A stretch of 64,000 nucleotides of DNA. It comes from Octopus sinensis. Its lineage: Eukaryota. The position numbers and the translations under genes were made by a program. The first letter of the stretch is position 1. Every line of letters begins with the position of its first letter. A model generated the notes under the pieces. It was not told the DNA's origin, searched no databases, and worked only from the letters and a program-made list of their open reading frames with translations. Below, piece by piece: positions 63,491 through 64,000 of the stretch. Where the stretch lies: contig NC_042998.1 of NCBI RefSeq assembly GCF_006345805.1, positions 5,208,001 through 5,272,000 on the forward strand, in the 5' to 3' direction.

Positions 63491-63606
63491 TGCATATACA
63501 TACATACATACTTACGCACACATACACAAACGCACATGCACACACATACATGCATATATATATATATATATCATATATATAGATAGATGGATACATGCGT
63601 GTGAGT

Positions 63607-63663
<57 letters not shown>

Positions 63664-63813
63664 TCTTACACACATGCATACATACATGCATACATACATA
63701 GATACATATGTACAATTATACGTTGTCGTAAACACTAAGGTAACAAGTGAGGCACTCTGTCATATATATATATATGGATATATATACATATATATGTATA
63801 TATACACACACAC

Positions 63814-63890
<77 letters not shown>

Positions 63891-64000
63891 CGTAGATATG
63901 TATGAATGTGTGAGTGTATGTATATCGTTATTCAGTTTTTTTGTGTTTTTTTCAAGACTTCTTGCCTATAGAGAAGGAGCCGGTTTCTATCCTAGAATCA

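Noticed and set aside
334-63895. Dozens of ORFs rich in YI, HT, CV or RE dipeptides
   Set aside because: They are translations of (TA)n, (CA)n, (TG)n and (GA)n microsatellites, which lack stop codons.
1-64000. CRISPR arrays, rRNA genes, prokaryotic operons or contamination
   Set aside because: No regularly spaced repeat-spacer array, rRNA-like sequence or long intact ORFs; the whole window looks like eukaryotic repeat-rich DNA.

Overview
This is AT-rich, microsatellite-saturated metazoan genomic DNA. The SINE families and (TA)n/(CA)n load point to a coleoid cephalopod, most likely Octopus; this is inferred from recalled repeat consensus, not a database search. Almost all ORF-track entries are microsatellite translations. 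The window is mostly transposon debris: four tRNA-type SINE families (about 25 copies), two Penelope-like element (PLE) remnants (RT plus GIY-YIG), CR1/RTE and R4/Dong-like LINE fragments, Tc1/mariner/DD37D remnants, a Chapaev-like element, non-autonomous Helitrons and MITEs. No host gene is certain. A weak + strand candidate joins a signal-peptide-like exon (1216-1264) to an 87-bp exon (23008-23094). The main signal is a set of minimal type I hammerhead ribozymes (HHRs) read directly from the sequence. Five have intact cores: 32087-32186 (+), 38423-38491 (+), 45031-45112 (-), 45243-45320 (+) and 49596-49631 (-). They sit in a 432-nt terminally redundant retrozyme-like unit, in two unrelated fold-back elements with about 142-bp arms, and in one stand-alone element. 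One fold-back carries a compensatory U3-A8 core variant. Structures were paired by eye and coordinates counted by hand, so repeat boundaries are approximate.
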